From positions 13,826,001 through 13,890,000 of the forward strand of contig NC_043015.1 in the NCBI RefSeq assembly GCF_006345805.1: 64,000 bases of DNA, written 5' to 3'. Under the pieces are notes generated by a model, which did not search any database, was not told the origin of the DNA, and saw nothing but the letters and a program-made list of their open reading frames with translations. Source of the DNA: Octopus sinensis (taxonomy: Eukaryota). Every line of letters starts with the position of its first letter. Position 1 is the first letter of the stretch. The position numbers and the translations under genes are program-made. Positions 1-14,606 of this stretch are shown here, in pieces.

Positions 1-45
1 CAGGGTGGATGAAAGGAAGATATATGACTATGTCAATCCCTATGG

Positions 46-270
46 TTGGCAGAATCGTTAGCATGCCGGGCGAAATGCGTAGCTGTATTTCGTCTGCCAT
101 TAAGCTCTGAGTTCAAGTTCCGCCAAGGTCGACTTTGCCTTTCATCCTTTCGGGGTCGATTAAATAAGTACCAGTTACGCACTGGGGTCGATATAATCGA
201 CTTAATCCGTTTGTTTGTCCTTGTTTGATCTCTCTGTGTTTAGCCCTTTGCGGGTAGTAAAGAAATTGGT
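46..270 (+). mobile_element. tRNA-headed SINE family B
   Basis: tggcagaatcgttagcatgccgggcgaaatg..gagttcaa..ggtcgactttgcctttcatcctttcggggtcgat. Other copies near 2885-3030, 25585-25715, 33270-33480, 46700-46915, 48440-48605 (+) and 32890-33105, 62255-62470 (-). Confidence 0.82.
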
Positions 271-1227
271 ATTTATCCAGAATCTGAAGTAGCTGGTAAC
301 AGTCTGCTGTCAGTAATCGGTTGTTCATAGGAGAGTTTGTAGAAGTGTTCAGTAAGTTCAGTTGATGTGAGGAGTAAAGAATTGAACATCCTTGATTCAT
401 AACTTTTGTCTGTGAGTGCTGAAGTCAGTGAAAGTGGTGTTGTTGTTTTGGTTGTAGACAAATGAGGAAGACTGATGTGGGAGTGAGGTTGAAAGGCCAA
501 GAAACATTGTGTGTAAGAGTCACTGAGGTGAATGAAGTAGGAGGAAGCTGGGAATTAGAGAGGGAGAAAGAGCTAAAATATCAAGCAAGACATAGGTTTC
601 ACCTTCTTGCTATTGGTGTAAAGTTACCTAAGAAAATTCTAAATTTAGAAAGGCTGAAAATTTAACCAGTAACAATAAACACACATTGATACATGTCCTT
701 GTATACAGGGACACACACATTGGTGTTTACAGACAGATTCAAACACAGGCACGTTGGGGTGTTGGGGTATACACAATCACATCTATATGCTTATATACAC
801 ATCCATGACTTTTACATGATATTGATCTAGAATATCTTAATTGAAAGAATAGAAGGAAAGGGGACACGGATGTATGATTAAAAGGAGGATGGAAGTGTAT
901 GTTCACACTTTGTAGAACAGAAGTTCCCAAGTTGAAAATGAAATTTTTTTTCCGTATGTTTGTAGTGTCATTTGAGACTGTTTGGAAAATACCGCAATTT
1001 GAAATGTGATCTGTTAAGTAATCAGGTGACCTATAACAATTAGCCTTATACTTTGTCAAAGGGTATTATTTTAATATGTCACATCTGTTATGAAAAACAT
1101 TCTCTCATATATGATAGTTGAATCATAAAAGATAGGATATTTTTTTGAGTGAAATACAGACAATGAGCATGATATGGCAACATTCTCTTATAACTCTTGA
1201 CTCAGTGATTCTGAATAAATAAGTTAA

Positions 1228-1447
1228 CCCTTTAGCATTCAGATTACTTTCAAATGTAATCCTTATTTATTCACATTGTTTTGAAATAAGCATGCTTTAT
1301 ATCATAGCTTCAAGATTTTGATGTTGTGATTGTCTATTTTTAGTATTATATTGTATGGTAAGTGTTAAGTGACCAGATCTGGCCACGCTGAACATAAAAC
1401 AAGTAGAATATTTAGACTGGATATGACCATTTTAAATGTGAAAGGAC
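1228..1447 (+). mobile_element. piggyBac-like MITE family 1
   Basis: TTAA|CCCTTTAGCATT 5' end, degenerate aaatgtgaaagga 3' end; same body as 14386, 40398 and 57638. Confidence 0.75.
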
Positions 1448-4400
1448 TATGTAAAATATTTTAATAGATGGAAATTTAGGAACTAAAGAAATTTGCAACT
1501 CATTCATTACACATTGTTGTAGATGCTATTACTGGAAGAGAGCATTATACATGTAAACTGCCATTAAGCTGTGTCTACAGGTAACTTTTGATTTTTAGTT
1601 GTTGGTATTTTTGAAAAATATCAGAAACACCACAAGAACTGAATCTCTGTTTCTAGGCAAAATTGTTTATCACAGTTATTTACATGCCACGTATGTAGCT
1701 ATAAATGCACTCACACACACACACACACACACACACATGGGTAGGTAGGAGGATTCTGAAAAGTTGAGAGTTTTTTTGCCAGGAACCAGAAGGTAATTTG
1801 ATGGTAGAAGAATTAGCAACTTGTGCAATGAACAAAAGCATCTTTTTTCCTGAAGGTCACTGTGCAAGCAGTGTTGTTGTTGTTTAATCCTAAGTCAGTC
1901 TTAATCAAAAGCATCCCAGTTGTGATCATCATCCTCCTTGCTTTTTCCAAAAGCATAGTGCTTCCAAGAACTTATTATCTAAAGTGTCCTTCTTTCAGGG
2001 AGATTTGGCTGCCTTTTCTAACAGGTTGGTTGATCATCTAGATTGTAGACACATCTTGCATCTATTAGTTAAGTAGATTATGGTGATTGGAGAGTGGTAA
2101 AAACTGCAGATAAATTTATAGGAATGGGTAAAAGAGACTTTGAGGAAGATTAACTGGAAGCTGTTATTACTAAGATCTGAGTGGTAGAGCCACCACATCA
2201 TATAGTCAAGTTTTAGAAAATGAGAATAGGATGTATGGTTTGCTTTTTGTTATTTAGTCCTTAGCCAGCCTTGCTAGAGCTGACCTATATTCAAAGCATT
2301 CCAGCTATGAAACCATCTTGTTTTTTGATGTAGTGTATCTATAACTATATTATCCCATGTGTCAGTCATTGTTTTTTTCTTTTTAAAGTTGGAAGTGATT
2401 TGATCTATATCTAGCAAGTTAATCAGCCATGTAGAAGAAGCTCTCTCATTAAATTGTATTTAGATATAGATAGGTGTAACAGGTAGGTACAATCCATTAT
2501 TGTATGAAAGAGTAACACTCTGGGCTTTATAAGTAATTGGCGTCAAGTCTTCTCAGAGATAATGATATACCAAACAGGCCAAGATAGGATATCTCTCATT
2601 TGTTTTACACACAAAAAATCAGTTGTGCACCAATCCTATATAGATCCTTAGTGATAAAGAAAGGAATAATATTCTATTCTAAGAAGCCGAAACCTTATAA
2701 AAACAACTATGAAAAAAAAATTCTGTTAAAAACTAAAATTATAACATTTCTTTTTGTCATTCTTAATTTTCTTATGTAATTTAGATTCCTGTACCTATCA
2801 CATTAATTATCATGGGTTCCAAATTCCCTGCAGGATTTTGTAACAAAGGACAAGAGATATCAATATTTGTGTTGGTTTTAGGCAATGAGCTAGCAGAACC
2901 GTTAGCATGCCAGGCAAAATGCTTAGTGGCATTTCTCTGTCTTTATGTTCTGAGTTCAAATTCTGCCAAGGTCGACTTTGCCTTTAATCCTTTTGGGGTT
3001 GATAAAATAAATTCAAATAAAATTTGAAACTAATATTTGTTGTGGTTATGAAATGAAACCAGCATATGTTTTGCAGGCTTAGCTTAATAAAAGCTCCTTA
3101 GAATCTGCCATGGGTTAAAAACAGGCTGTGGACAGATTATCTCAACAAACGATTTACCACACATGATGCCAAGTAATTCCAGTCCATGAACTCATAAAAA
3201 TAAACTAATTGCTATTGTATCTAATTTCAATTAGAGTGATTCATTAATGAACAATTGATTTATCTTTTATTTATTCAAATAACTTGTTCACTCTATTAAA
3301 GAAGTATTTGCTGCCAGGTCGGTTACTTCACCCCTTTGTACTTGTTAGCTTATTTGAAATATTACTACTACTACTTAATCAAACCTCTCTCCCAACTCAT
3401 GAATTAACAATTTCCTGTTGTTTTTCATATCTAATAATTTTTATATAGCACCAGGGATTTTGGCATCTGACACAAAGTTGATGTATTTTGGTAGGTCTCG
3501 GGTAATGACTAATTACTGAAGTTAATTTTAATTATCGCCAACTTCAGTACTTTTTATGACTTTTAAATATGCGGACACTACATATTTCAGCTTAACCACA
3601 CTCTCATATTACATTTTTACAGTTTCAGTAAGCTTCTTTTGTGATGTATTTCACATGATAGCGATAGATAAAAACCTTTTGAAATAGTATCGGTGTACAA
3701 TCTTGGGCCTCACAGGGGTTGTAATGAAGATACATAGAGTTATGTTGTATTGAAGAATTGTTCTTGGATAACTGCATTTACACTATAATAAAGAAAGATG
3801 ATTAGAATAATGATGACAGTAACAATGGCAAAGTATATTTAATCAACACACTCAGACACACATCTGGAATGTTTTTTTTCTTTCATTATATATTGTACCT
3901 GAATAATCATAAGAATTATTAGAGGTTTGTCTTGTTTAATCCTTTGATTTATCTTTGTGTGATCTTTATATGCTTCTGTATTTATTTGTAATTTGTAATT
4001 CAAATAGTTGTTATCGCTAATACAGAGTTGTTCTTTAAATCAATCTTCATTGATTCTGTGTTATTTCACCAGTTTGCAAAATTCATTGGTTCTTAACTCA
4101 TTATTTTTCTTTATCTTTTTTGTTTTAACTTAAGAATATTTTCCTGTACATTTAATGACAATCAACTTTTTTTTTTTTTTTTACTTGTTATTCATAATTA
4201 TGATAATTATCAAAATGTCAGAAATAATGTTCTGAGTTCAAATTCTGCTAACGCCAACATTGCTTTTCATCCTTTTGGGGTCAAGAAAATAAGTATCAAT
4301 CGAGCACTGAGGCTGATGTAATTAACTTAGCTACTTCTGGGTAAGAATATTTTTTAAAAAATGACTGCACCACTCTGCCAAGCCACCTCGAGCCAGTGTG

Positions 4401-5887
4401 GCAGAGCAGTATGATCTCTGGTTCAAATTCACAGCCTACACATTTGACCATGGTTGGTGGAGAAAAGTTACTGAGGCCTTCATCCTGCAGTGAACTGAAC
4501 ATAGGCAGTCCAATTTAGATAACTGGATTAGATATTTGAAAATGTTTTCTGATTTAGTCCTTTTGTAGCTAGCATCAGTAAAATAGTGAGAAGAGGAAGA
4601 CCAACCTTTCTCCCTCATTTAGAAAAACAACCTCATAGATAAGAAATCATTATTATCATTACTGTTCATTAACTCATTATTGTTTGGTAAATTAGCCAGT
4701 GTGATGGACTAATGACATTGCAGTTATTAATTATGTCCCTCTATATTCTCAGTTCAAATATTGCCAATAAAATTACTAGCAGTAATAAGGTTGATTTCAA
4801 TTGGCTATAGCCATTCCCTCGAAATTTCTGGCCTCATGCCAGTTTGAGAAATCATTATTATTTGCAAGTGTCGTAGATATAAAATGATGGGTTTACACGA
4901 TTAGAAATGGCCAAAAGAGAGTAGAAAAAGTGGACCAAATGCTTTTACAGTATCTTGTTTCCTCCAATCCATTCTAAGATCAAATCACATAATAATGAAA
5001 GTCATTTATCTTTCATTATTCTGATGTGTTGGGACTGAAACATCCAGCCCTAGTCCTTCACCATTTAGAGGTCATCTAAGTGCTAAGAAAAGATATCAGT
5101 ATTGCTTCTCTCTATTACTGTATCTATATATTTTTAACGAGAACTTTCAACTTTATGAATTTCAGTCCATGCCTACCTTATTATAAAACTACTATTAAAC
5201 ATCTACTGAATTACTTTGTATTTACTGTAAGTCTCTATTAAATAAAGTCTGTTCTGTTAACTTTTCTGATTCACAGTAACAACAAAATATCACTGCTTTT
5301 AACTGGTTCAGTAAACTATATATTTACTTTGAAAATCATATTGCTTTCTTTGAGCGAAGCAATGGGTTACTATTTAAAGGGAACTGGTATAGATAATTGT
5401 TTTTAATATATTAGTGTAAAGTATCTTATACATTGGCAGAGGGATTAATGGTAAAGTTAATTCCACCAGTACGAGAACATCTTGGTAATAAGTATGTACA
5501 GTAGCAGATCTCATTCAGTGTTGTAGAGTTTTGACCAAAATCACATAAAACAAAAAAAAGTTAGAAAGATTGTTTTGCCATAACAAAATATACAGTTCTC
5601 TCTTTTGCTCTGATGTCAAGTTTAGTGTTAGTACTTGTAAACTCTTTTTCTGTCCTGTTCATACCTGTATTTTATATTTTTCTCATTTGTGTAACATGCA
5701 CATACACGCACACTTATATACAGGTTTATATATACATACATATGTATGTATGCATATATACACACACACATATGTATATATATATATATATATCTGTGTG
5801 TGTATGTATATGTGTATATACACACACACACAACTATCCTGGGTAGCTGTATTTCAAAAAAGAGTTGTAGTTTTTATTATAGCATTA

Positions 5888-6298
5888 TATCATCATCATC
5901 ATCGTTTAACGTCTGCTTTCCATGCTAGCATGGGTTGGACGATTTGACTGAGAACTGGCAAACCAGATGGCTGCACCAGGCTCCAATCTTGATCTGGCAG
6001 AGTTTCTACAGCTGGATGCCCTTCCTAACGCCAACCACTCCAAGAGTGTAGTGGGTGCTTTTACATGCCACTGGCACGAGGGCCTGTCAGGCAGTACTGG
6101 CTACGGCCACGCTCAAATGGTGTTTTTTACGTGCCACCTGCACAGGAGCCAGTCTAGCAGAACTAGCGACAACCTCGCTCAAATGTTTTTTCACGTGTCA
6201 CTGGCACAAGTGCCAGTAAGGCATCGCTGGTAACAATCACGCTTGAATAGTGCTTTTTACATGCCACCGGCACAGAAGCCATTCTGGCAATGATCACG

Positions 6299-6300
<2 letters not shown>
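5888..6300 (-). mobile_element. RTE-tail short element, family C
   Basis: Minus strand ends ggaaagc(a/g)gacgttaaacgatgatgatg; ggatgcccttcctaacgccaacc block; internal tgccac/tggcac repeats. Other copies near 8378-8655, 21690-22170, 37098-37285 (+), 51888-51952, 54557-54955, 60840-61030. Confidence 0.8.
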
Positions 6301-6370
<70 letters not shown>

Positions 6371-7156
6371 GATATTTATGATATATTCCTATGTTGTTAA
6401 TGTTGTGTTCCATTCCATCTCGTCTCCTAAAGAACTGCCCAAGGAATTGATACCCTATAAAACAATGAAAGTAAATCAGTATCTTATTGTTTATTGATCC
6501 ACCACATTGAATTATTGGTTATTTACTGCTCACTGTATGTAAATTAAATTGAATTATTGATCTCTGCCTACCTCCTCCCATTCTACACGATGTTTCTTTC
6601 TACTTTGACTTAAGAAATACTTCTTTAGTGAGAAGGAGCTGAGAGAGTGGGAGGGAGTAGGAGATTTGCCACAAAGAAGACAAATCTACCATTGTTGCTG
6701 AAGATTTGCTCCCACTCTGAAAATAAAGGAGACAGGACACCAATAATAAATCAATGATAAATGCCTCAGACATAGACTTGGCTTCATCTATGATTGCCAG
6801 GCTAATGTATATATATATATATATATATATGTAGAAACAAGTGAAGCAGCATGTGTATGTATCTGTTACTATGCGTTTGTGCATCACATACATTCATATA
6901 ACAGTGAAGTTACAAACACATGAACACATGTAATTAAAGATACACTCTTATGCAGATACACACACACACACACACACAGACACACACACACACACATTCA
7001 GTAGAGGCATACATTGAGAAAGATATTAATGTTTCTTTCTTTCTGCTTGTATTAAGTTTCAGTATGTTAACAGTTCATATACACTCAGGCATATACTTTC
7101 AAAAGTTATAGCTCATTAATAAAATTCTACAATATGAATTTTTATATATTTTATAA

Positions 7157-7231
<75 letters not shown>

Positions 7232-7656
7232 ATATTCACCTATTAGAGTGAGGTCATTCATTTCTCAAAGTTTAACAATAACAATGAAACATTTACTGAC
7301 GGGTTTACTCTATGTTGAAAGTAAAATTGGTGAAGATCATGTTGACTGGAACATCTATCTGTCTGTTTATCTGTCCATCCATCCATCCTGTATATACGCA
7401 CGCACACATGAATTTAGATTTATTCGCACACACAGACTCACATTTACAAACATGCATATATTTTACTATTATTTGTAATTTCAAGACATTTATTTTTTTA
7501 GTGATTTTATATTGCAATTTGTATGTTCTTGGTCACAGGTTTCCAGTTGTTCAGTCACTAGCTCACTGATAACTTTTCTGATGGTGAGTGAGAAGGGAGT
7601 GTCTATAATATAAACTTATACATACATATGTCAATATACACACACATGTATATAGG

Positions 7657-8005
7657 CATGGCTGTATAAGAAGTGTGCTTCTCAGCCACACGGTTCCAGG
7701 TTCAGTCCAACTGTGTGGTACCTTGGGCAACTGTCTTCTATATATAACCTTGGTCCGACCAAAGCCTTGTGAGTGGATTTGGAAGATGGAAACTGAAAGA
7801 TGCCTATCATATGTGTGTGTATGTTTCTCCCCCAACCACCTCTTGACAATCGGTGTTGGTGTGTTTACATCCCAGCAATTCAGCAAAAAGAGACCAATAG
7901 GATAAGTACCAGGCTTAAAAACGAAAATAAATACTGGGGTCAATTCGACTAAAATCTTACAAAATGATGCCCCAGCATAGCCACAGTCTAATGATTGAAA
8001 CAAAA
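7657..8005 (+). mobile_element. SINE family A
   Basis: ggttccaggttcagtcc..ccttgggcaac..gaaactgaaag..atgactgaaaca blocks. Confidence 0.8.
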
Positions 8006-8657
8006 GGTACACACACACACACACGTTTAGATCCTGCAAGGGTAGAAGATCGGTATATTTCCAGAGTAGCATTCATCGTGGACTTCTGTCTGTCTACACC
8101 ATCATATTGCAACTATAGAAACATTTTCAAGTTCACTGCTGTTAAAACTCCTGGTACTTCACTGCTAAATTCAAAGATTAACAGATGAATAAAAAAGGTT
8201 AAGAGTAAATAGAGCAAAATTTTATAAATTCACAACAATGGAAAAGGATGAAAATAATAATGATAATGATAAAAACATTAACAGTAACAATACCAATAGT
8301 AATAGAACTAATCTTAGTGGCATAAGTGACACTGATTTGACACTGGTTAGTAATAAACCACAAATTTAAGTAGTGTTCATCATCATGTAACATCCGTTTC
8401 CCATGCTAGTATGCGTTGGATGGCTAGACAGGAACTAGCAAGGCCAGGGGCCATACCAAGTTCTATAGTCTGTTTTGGCTGGGTGCTCTTCCTAATGCCA
8501 ACCACTCCTCAGAGTGTATTGGGTACTTTTTATGTGCCACTGGCATAGGTGCCATTTATGTGTCACCAGCATGGATGCCATTCATGTGATACTGGCACGG
8601 GTGCCGTTCACGCATCACCAGCACTGGCCATGACCATGATTCCACTCAGCTTAGAAT

Positions 8658-8900
8658 GTGTTAAAGTATTACAGTGAAGTGGTGAATCACTGTGATAAAA
8701 ATAAAACAGATATTAAAATAAAGAAAGAGAATGAAATATATGAAATTTTTTGCTGTATGGTCAGAACTGCCTTCTCCTATATGAATAGTAGGAGTAAATG
8801 CAATCTGTGCTCACTTGAAACACTTGAAATTATAAACAATAGGGATAATCTAGCAAAGAAATGTAATAAGATTTTGATTAGATGCCCACATAGATAAATA
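8658..8900 (+). mobile_element. Penelope-like GIY-YIG C-terminal relic
   Basis: YMNSRSKCNLCSLETLEIINNRDNLAKKCNKILIRCPHR fits the CxLCxxE..I..N..NE..CxH tail of Penelope-like elements. Confidence 0.65.
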
Positions 8901-9133
8901 TAATAGGACTTTTGGGAAGCTTTCATTAGATTGAGGATTTTTCTTATGGTGTACCTTAAATTCTTCCCGTTATTCAATTGATTTCAGTGGCATTAGTAAA
9001 TACCTTTCAGATCAGACCTAATCCATGTGCTTCCCAACCACATGGATTGAGGTTCAATCCCACTGCATGGCACTTTGATCATATGCTTTTGGTTTGATCT
9101 TCCACCCGAAAGTGATCATTTGATCAATCATAC

Positions 9134-9470
9134 CAGTGGTTTTAAACCAGGGTTCATATGACCTTATGTGGTGGTAGTGGTTGGTGGGAGGATCCACACA
9201 AGCAAACTAGTACATTGGGGATCCACAGTAGTATTGTATGGGTTCATGATAAAATTTTGAATTTGATGTATTTATTGCAAGAAACTGCTAGGTCTCTTTC
9301 TCTGATGTTTTATGTAGTTCAGCCTACACAAGTGAATGTATTGTAGACAAAATAGGAATTTTGAAAGGAGTCTCTATAAAACTTTTTAAACACTGGATGA
9401 CTATGGGAGTCCACCAAAATAAAATAGTAATCAAAGGAGTGCATAGACAAAAAATGGTGGAGAACTACTG
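9134..9470 (+). mobile_element. hAT-like MITE
   Basis: CAGTGGTTTTAAA..GAGAACTACTG termini; homologous to 20516-20847. Confidence 0.65.
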
Positions 9471-9749
9471 ATTTATATAATATATGATCTATCACTATTC
9501 CCCTTATAGACATATTTTCAATTCTACATATAAGGGCTAGTATTAATATTCTACAACTTGATGTTTCTCTATTTTTTAGAAATATTTTTTCCTGGTAATT
9601 TTCTGTTTTTCCTGACATTTTATGTATTTTAATGTTCTCATTCATATTTCTATATTTTGATATCTATAGTTTTGATATTTTATATCTAACATTGGGATAC
9701 TTATGTTTATATACAGATGTTGCATAGTTATCTATCTTCATTTTAGCCA

Positions 9750-10085
9750 CAGGTTTGGCTGTCATAAGAAGCTTACTTCCCAAACACATGGATTGAGGTT
9801 CAGTCCCACTGCATGGCACTTTGATCAAAACCTTGAGAGTGAATTTGGTGGACTGAAACTGAAAGAAGCCCATTGTGTGTATATGTGTGTATGTCTTCCA
9901 CACCACCACCAACAGTGCTGGTGTGTTTACATCCTCGTAACTTAGTGGTTCGGCAAAAATGACTGATAGAATAAGTACTAGGCTTTAAAAAAATAAATAA
10001 TGAGGTTGATACATTTGACTAAAATATTTTTCAAGGCAGTACTCCAGCATGGCAGCAGTCTAATGACTGAAACAAATTAAAAAGA
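9750..10085 (+). mobile_element. SINE family A with an internal deletion
   Basis: Family A blocks; the core segment is deleted at gcactttg|atcaaaac. Confidence 0.75.
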
Positions 10086-11485
10086 GAAAAAGTATTGTTG
10101 TATATTTTTCATTTCTTAAGTATATATACTTTTATATTCTAATATTTTATATCCCACTATGGCATATTCTTATTTCCTATATTCTACTTTCTTACATGCC
10201 CCTATTATTATTGTATTAATACATTAGGCTATTTTATGTTGTTTTATATCTCTCTATCTTCTATAATTTTCATATCATTAAGTTCCTTTATCTTCTATAT
10301 GTTCATCCAAGATGCATTGGAGTGCATATCAACCCATTCTCTACCCTTATAAAATCCACCCTTTACTTGGAAGTTCTGTAACTGGGCTCTTCACAAATCT
10401 CGAAGATTTTCTCTGATCCCTTCTCTCTCAGATGAGGACTGGTGCATTCAACATGATATGGTGGAGGTGTGTGGCCTTGTGGTTAGGGTGTTGCACTCAT
10501 GATCATTGGATCATAGGTTCAATTCCCAGACCAGGTGGCATTTTGTGTTCTTGAGCAAAACACTTCATTTCACTTTGCTCAAGTGCTATGTGGGAGACCA
10601 ACATGTCAAAGAATAGATTCAACATTTCCTTGTGTGTCATAAAAAGCAACTCAAAGAAGTTGAATTTCACCAACAACAACCACCCAAACTACCCATGGGT
10701 TGGAAGGTTGTTGCCTGAGTAGTGTAGAAGCATCATCTGTCAGGTGTATGCAGCAAGGCACTGTAAAACTGCATTGTTGCATATGCTTGGCAGACAAGAG
10801 TTAGGTGAAGGCTGGCGGTTGAGGTGGTTCAAATGAGAGAAAGAATTGGCTGGCAGCACAGCTTGGTGAAGTTAGGGGTGCATTAGATGTGGTTGGAGGA
10901 TGACAGTGGTCTCATGCATGCAGTCACCAGCCTGGAAAGATAGAATGATGGAGATGGTGCAAATCGGCACAGGTGATAGGGAGATGGTAGTTAGAGGGTT
11001 ATGAATGATAAAAAGACAGGTGATAAAAATGTGGTAAGCTATATCAAGGATGTAAAGTGAGGGGCCAGCAAATTAAGCCTGACAGGGTACAAATATTGCA
11101 ACCTCTAATCACTGCCCTAGAGTTAGAGTATGTGTTGCCATAGGGGGTGGTTCTTCTGTAGTTTGGTGTATCAGTTCCAGTCCTTTGCTACTTTCTCCAT
11201 AAGATGTAACATCTTTTAGTCACCTTTCACCATTTCTTCCCAAGTCTCTCTCTCAGGTTCCACCAATTTGCAACACTATGCAGTAGTCATCTCCCACATA
11301 TATCATGCACTCATATCAGTAGTCCTCTTTCTTGCACACAACATCTGATTCCTCTTACACTTAGTTTTATTTTCTCAGTTCATGGATGTGCATATGTGTG
11401 TGTGTATGTGTTTATACACACAGAAACACACAACATATACACACATTTTAAACAAATAAACATGCAAATTATAAGAGTACATTTG

Positions 11486-11517
<32 letters not shown>

Positions 11518-11518
11518 G

Positions 11519-11619
11519 CACATATTTAAGCATATGAATATATAAACACATGTATATATATATAGATATATATACACACATATTTAAGTATATGAATATA
11601 TAAACACGTGTTTATATAT

Positions 11620-11664
<45 letters not shown>

Positions 11665-11690
11665 TTAAGTATATGAATATATAAACACGT

Positions 11691-11735
<45 letters not shown>
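11519..11735. repeat. Three ~35-bp cores separated by (TA)n
   Basis: cacatatttaagtatatgaatatataaacacgtg repeated three times with variable TA spacers. Confidence 0.8.
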
Positions 11736-11739
<4 letters not shown>

Positions 11740-12047
11740 TATCCATAGAAAAGTAAGTTTTTCTGATTGAAGATCTTTGTTGTTTCAACTTTATCAAAAA
11801 CCTCAGCTGCTACAACAATTCACACAAAAGTAAAAGTTGCTCTTTTTTTTATCTCCTCTCCTTTCTTCTTTGCTAAAATAATTCCCATTATATATCTCTC
11901 GGTTTGTTTCCAAGCTCTGTTTTCTTTTTTTTTTTTTGTCAGTCTTTTCCTTTCTATTTTTGTTGTATGTTGGCTTTTAATTTTAAGTCTATTGACAGCA
12001 GAGCTATATATGAATAATATTATTGTCAGTTTAGGAGCTGGGCAATA

Positions 12048-12151
<104 letters not shown>

Positions 12152-14385
12152 CATGGATATATACAACAGACTTCATCGTATTTTGTTAGGATTGTCAGTT
12201 TTATCGAAATATAATAATCTGGACAAAAGTTATTGATCTAGTTGTTGCTCCAGTCTATGAAGACCAAATGGTTTACTTGTTTCCTCAAATGTCTTCCTTG
12301 TTGCATTCCTGATGGAACTATTTAAAAAGCTACATAACCTTTCCTTTCATGTACATGAAATCAAATATCTACATGAGATAATTTTTGTTAGTATAAAACC
12401 AAAATTTTACTATAATGTACATGTATCCATTCATCCATTCAACTATATATATCCATGTACATCTCTCCCTCTCTCTGTAAATATATTTGTGTGTGTGCAT
12501 GCGTACACTCTATAATCATTAGTTTTACATCTGTCTTTCTATGTTGGTATAGGTTAGATGTGTTGTCATGGTTCACCTCATCTTGCACACACTGTAACAG
12601 ATAACCTGCCAACTTTGGTATTATATGCATCTTATTGTGTGGACTGGATGTTTTTTATTCATAGCAGACATACTAATGAGATTGTCTTATGTGAAGGGAT
12701 TAAAGAGTTACCTCTACCTTATAGCAGTTCTAATTTAGAGTTACTGTTGTCTTGGATAGGTAGCCTGCGATATAGTGTGTGTGTGTGTGTGTGTGTGTGT
12801 GGTAGGAAGTTTGCTTTTCAACCACATAGGAATGGAGACATGACACTGCTAGTTTGGCAGAGAAGGTAGACTTTGCATGGGATAGGTGCATAGAGCAATA
12901 TATACTAAGAGTGAATACGAAATAGATTCTTATGCACAGGCAGCATTGTAGTTGTTGATAGCTTCTGTTATCTAGCAAACTTTACTTGCAGTGGGGATGA
13001 GCATCCAGAAAGATTTATAGTCAGAATAAAAACTAGATGAAAAATTGGAGTTGTTACCTCTGCTTGCAGTGAAGTGCTTTTTCTTCTATGATAAACAGAG
13101 TATATAATGCATGTGTAAGAAGTGCAATGTTGCATAGTATGAGTTGTATCTCACATAATGCAACTACCCTATTTCCTGTCCTTGCTCAGTTGAATTGTCT
13201 CTTTAGTCTTGAAAGTTACAAAGCAACCAACATCTAGTGCTGGTGCTAAGAAAAAAGCAATTAGTACACTCTGTGAATTGGTTAGCATTATAAAGAGAAT
13301 CCAGCTGTAGAAACCATGCCAAAACTGAGACACTGGTGCAAGATGTGATCCTCTGACCTGTTGGATCCCATTTTAAGCATTCAAATCATGCCTGACGTAA
13401 GGATGATGATCATGATCCCAAAATGTAAATCTGTATATATTTGCATGCGTATACATGTGTGTGTGCACACACACATATACATATAATATTATCTAATTAG
13501 CTTAACTTGTGTATTAGCTACTTTGGGGATCTAATTATAAAGCAATTAGTACATACTGGCTTGCTAGAGATTGCATGAATTTTCCAAATAATTGTTCATT
13601 TCAAACCTGCACTTCGTTTTACTATGAATGATCTGATTGATGTAATATTTGCAATAAATGTATTATAAGCTCTGGAAAACATTAATGCACAAGAATATTA
13701 ATATTATGGCTTGTTTAAGGTGACTTCATATGCTATTTAGAGGGTGGCAGTATCTTGGCTTTAACAGACAACCAGCTCATTAGATCTCCAGGCACATAGC
13801 CAAAGCCAATGCTTCATTTGATCAAGTATATAAACATCTCTGGAACAGCTGTAATATCAGTTTGAGCACCAAGCATTTAATCTTTCAAGTTATTCAAGTT
13901 GTAGCCATCTTGTCTGTATACTGGGTTTGTTGTTTGCAGAACTTATGATTGTAATTATATTCCCACTTTTTTAAAACAGTTATTGGTCAGCCATGCAGCT
14001 ATGTGAAAACTTACACATAATTACTATCTATTCCAGTGCATTCAATCTTTACATTTCTGATGAACAACTAACGATAAATGTTCCTATTAATCTAACAAAG
14101 ACGCTATTTGCAATAAAACCCTGAAATAACTTTTCACTGTGGTTCATATAATACACATGTTCACCAGGAAATTCATTTTCTTACAATGATAAAACCTTGT
14201 AAGGGTTTGCCAACTGTTTCTAATTATTCCCAAGATTTTAAAAATTAATTTCTGAATCCATCTTGCTTGCCTAGCTAGTTACCACAAGTTATCAGCTAGG
14301 TGGGTAACTAATGTGACACTAACATGTACTTTTAACATCTGGTCAACTATTTCTGTGGAAAATCTGACTTGATTCTTTTTTTAGA

Positions 14386-14606
14386 CCCTTTTGGCATTCA
14401 GATTACTTTATCAACTGCAATGCTTATATATTCACATTGTTTTGAATTAATCATGCATTATCTCATGGTTTTGAGATTCTGATGATGTGATTGTTTATTT
14501 TTTGAGTGACATTGTAGGGTAAGTGTGAGCAGCTGGATCTGGCCAGTTTGAATATAAAATAGGTAGAATATTTTAGCTTGATATAGCCAGTTTAAATGTT
14601 AAAGGA
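14386..14606 (+). mobile_element. piggyBac-like MITE family 1
   Basis: ccctttt-ggcattcagattac..aaatgttaaagga|TTAA. Confidence 0.75.

Noticed and set aside
46-228. 60-aa ORF and similar ORFs ([13 protein letters not shown].., ..[20 protein letters not shown])
   Set aside because: They recur in several copies and map wholly within SINE families A, B and C; not genes.
3300-4020. Slight CpG retention suggesting a promoter
   Set aside because: Only about 7 CpGs, and no core promoter pattern I can support.
5570-5947. Long ORFs rich in Y/I/C/V/H/T (also 11375-11738, 18075-18452, 22417-22774, 27173-27511)
   Set aside because: They are translations of TA/CA/TG microsatellites, which lack stops in some frames.
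8025-8190. Protein-like open frames on both strands (DPARVEDRYISRVAF.. / LQYDGVDRQKSTM..)
   Set aside because: Short, no recognisable homology, and no consistent splice partners.
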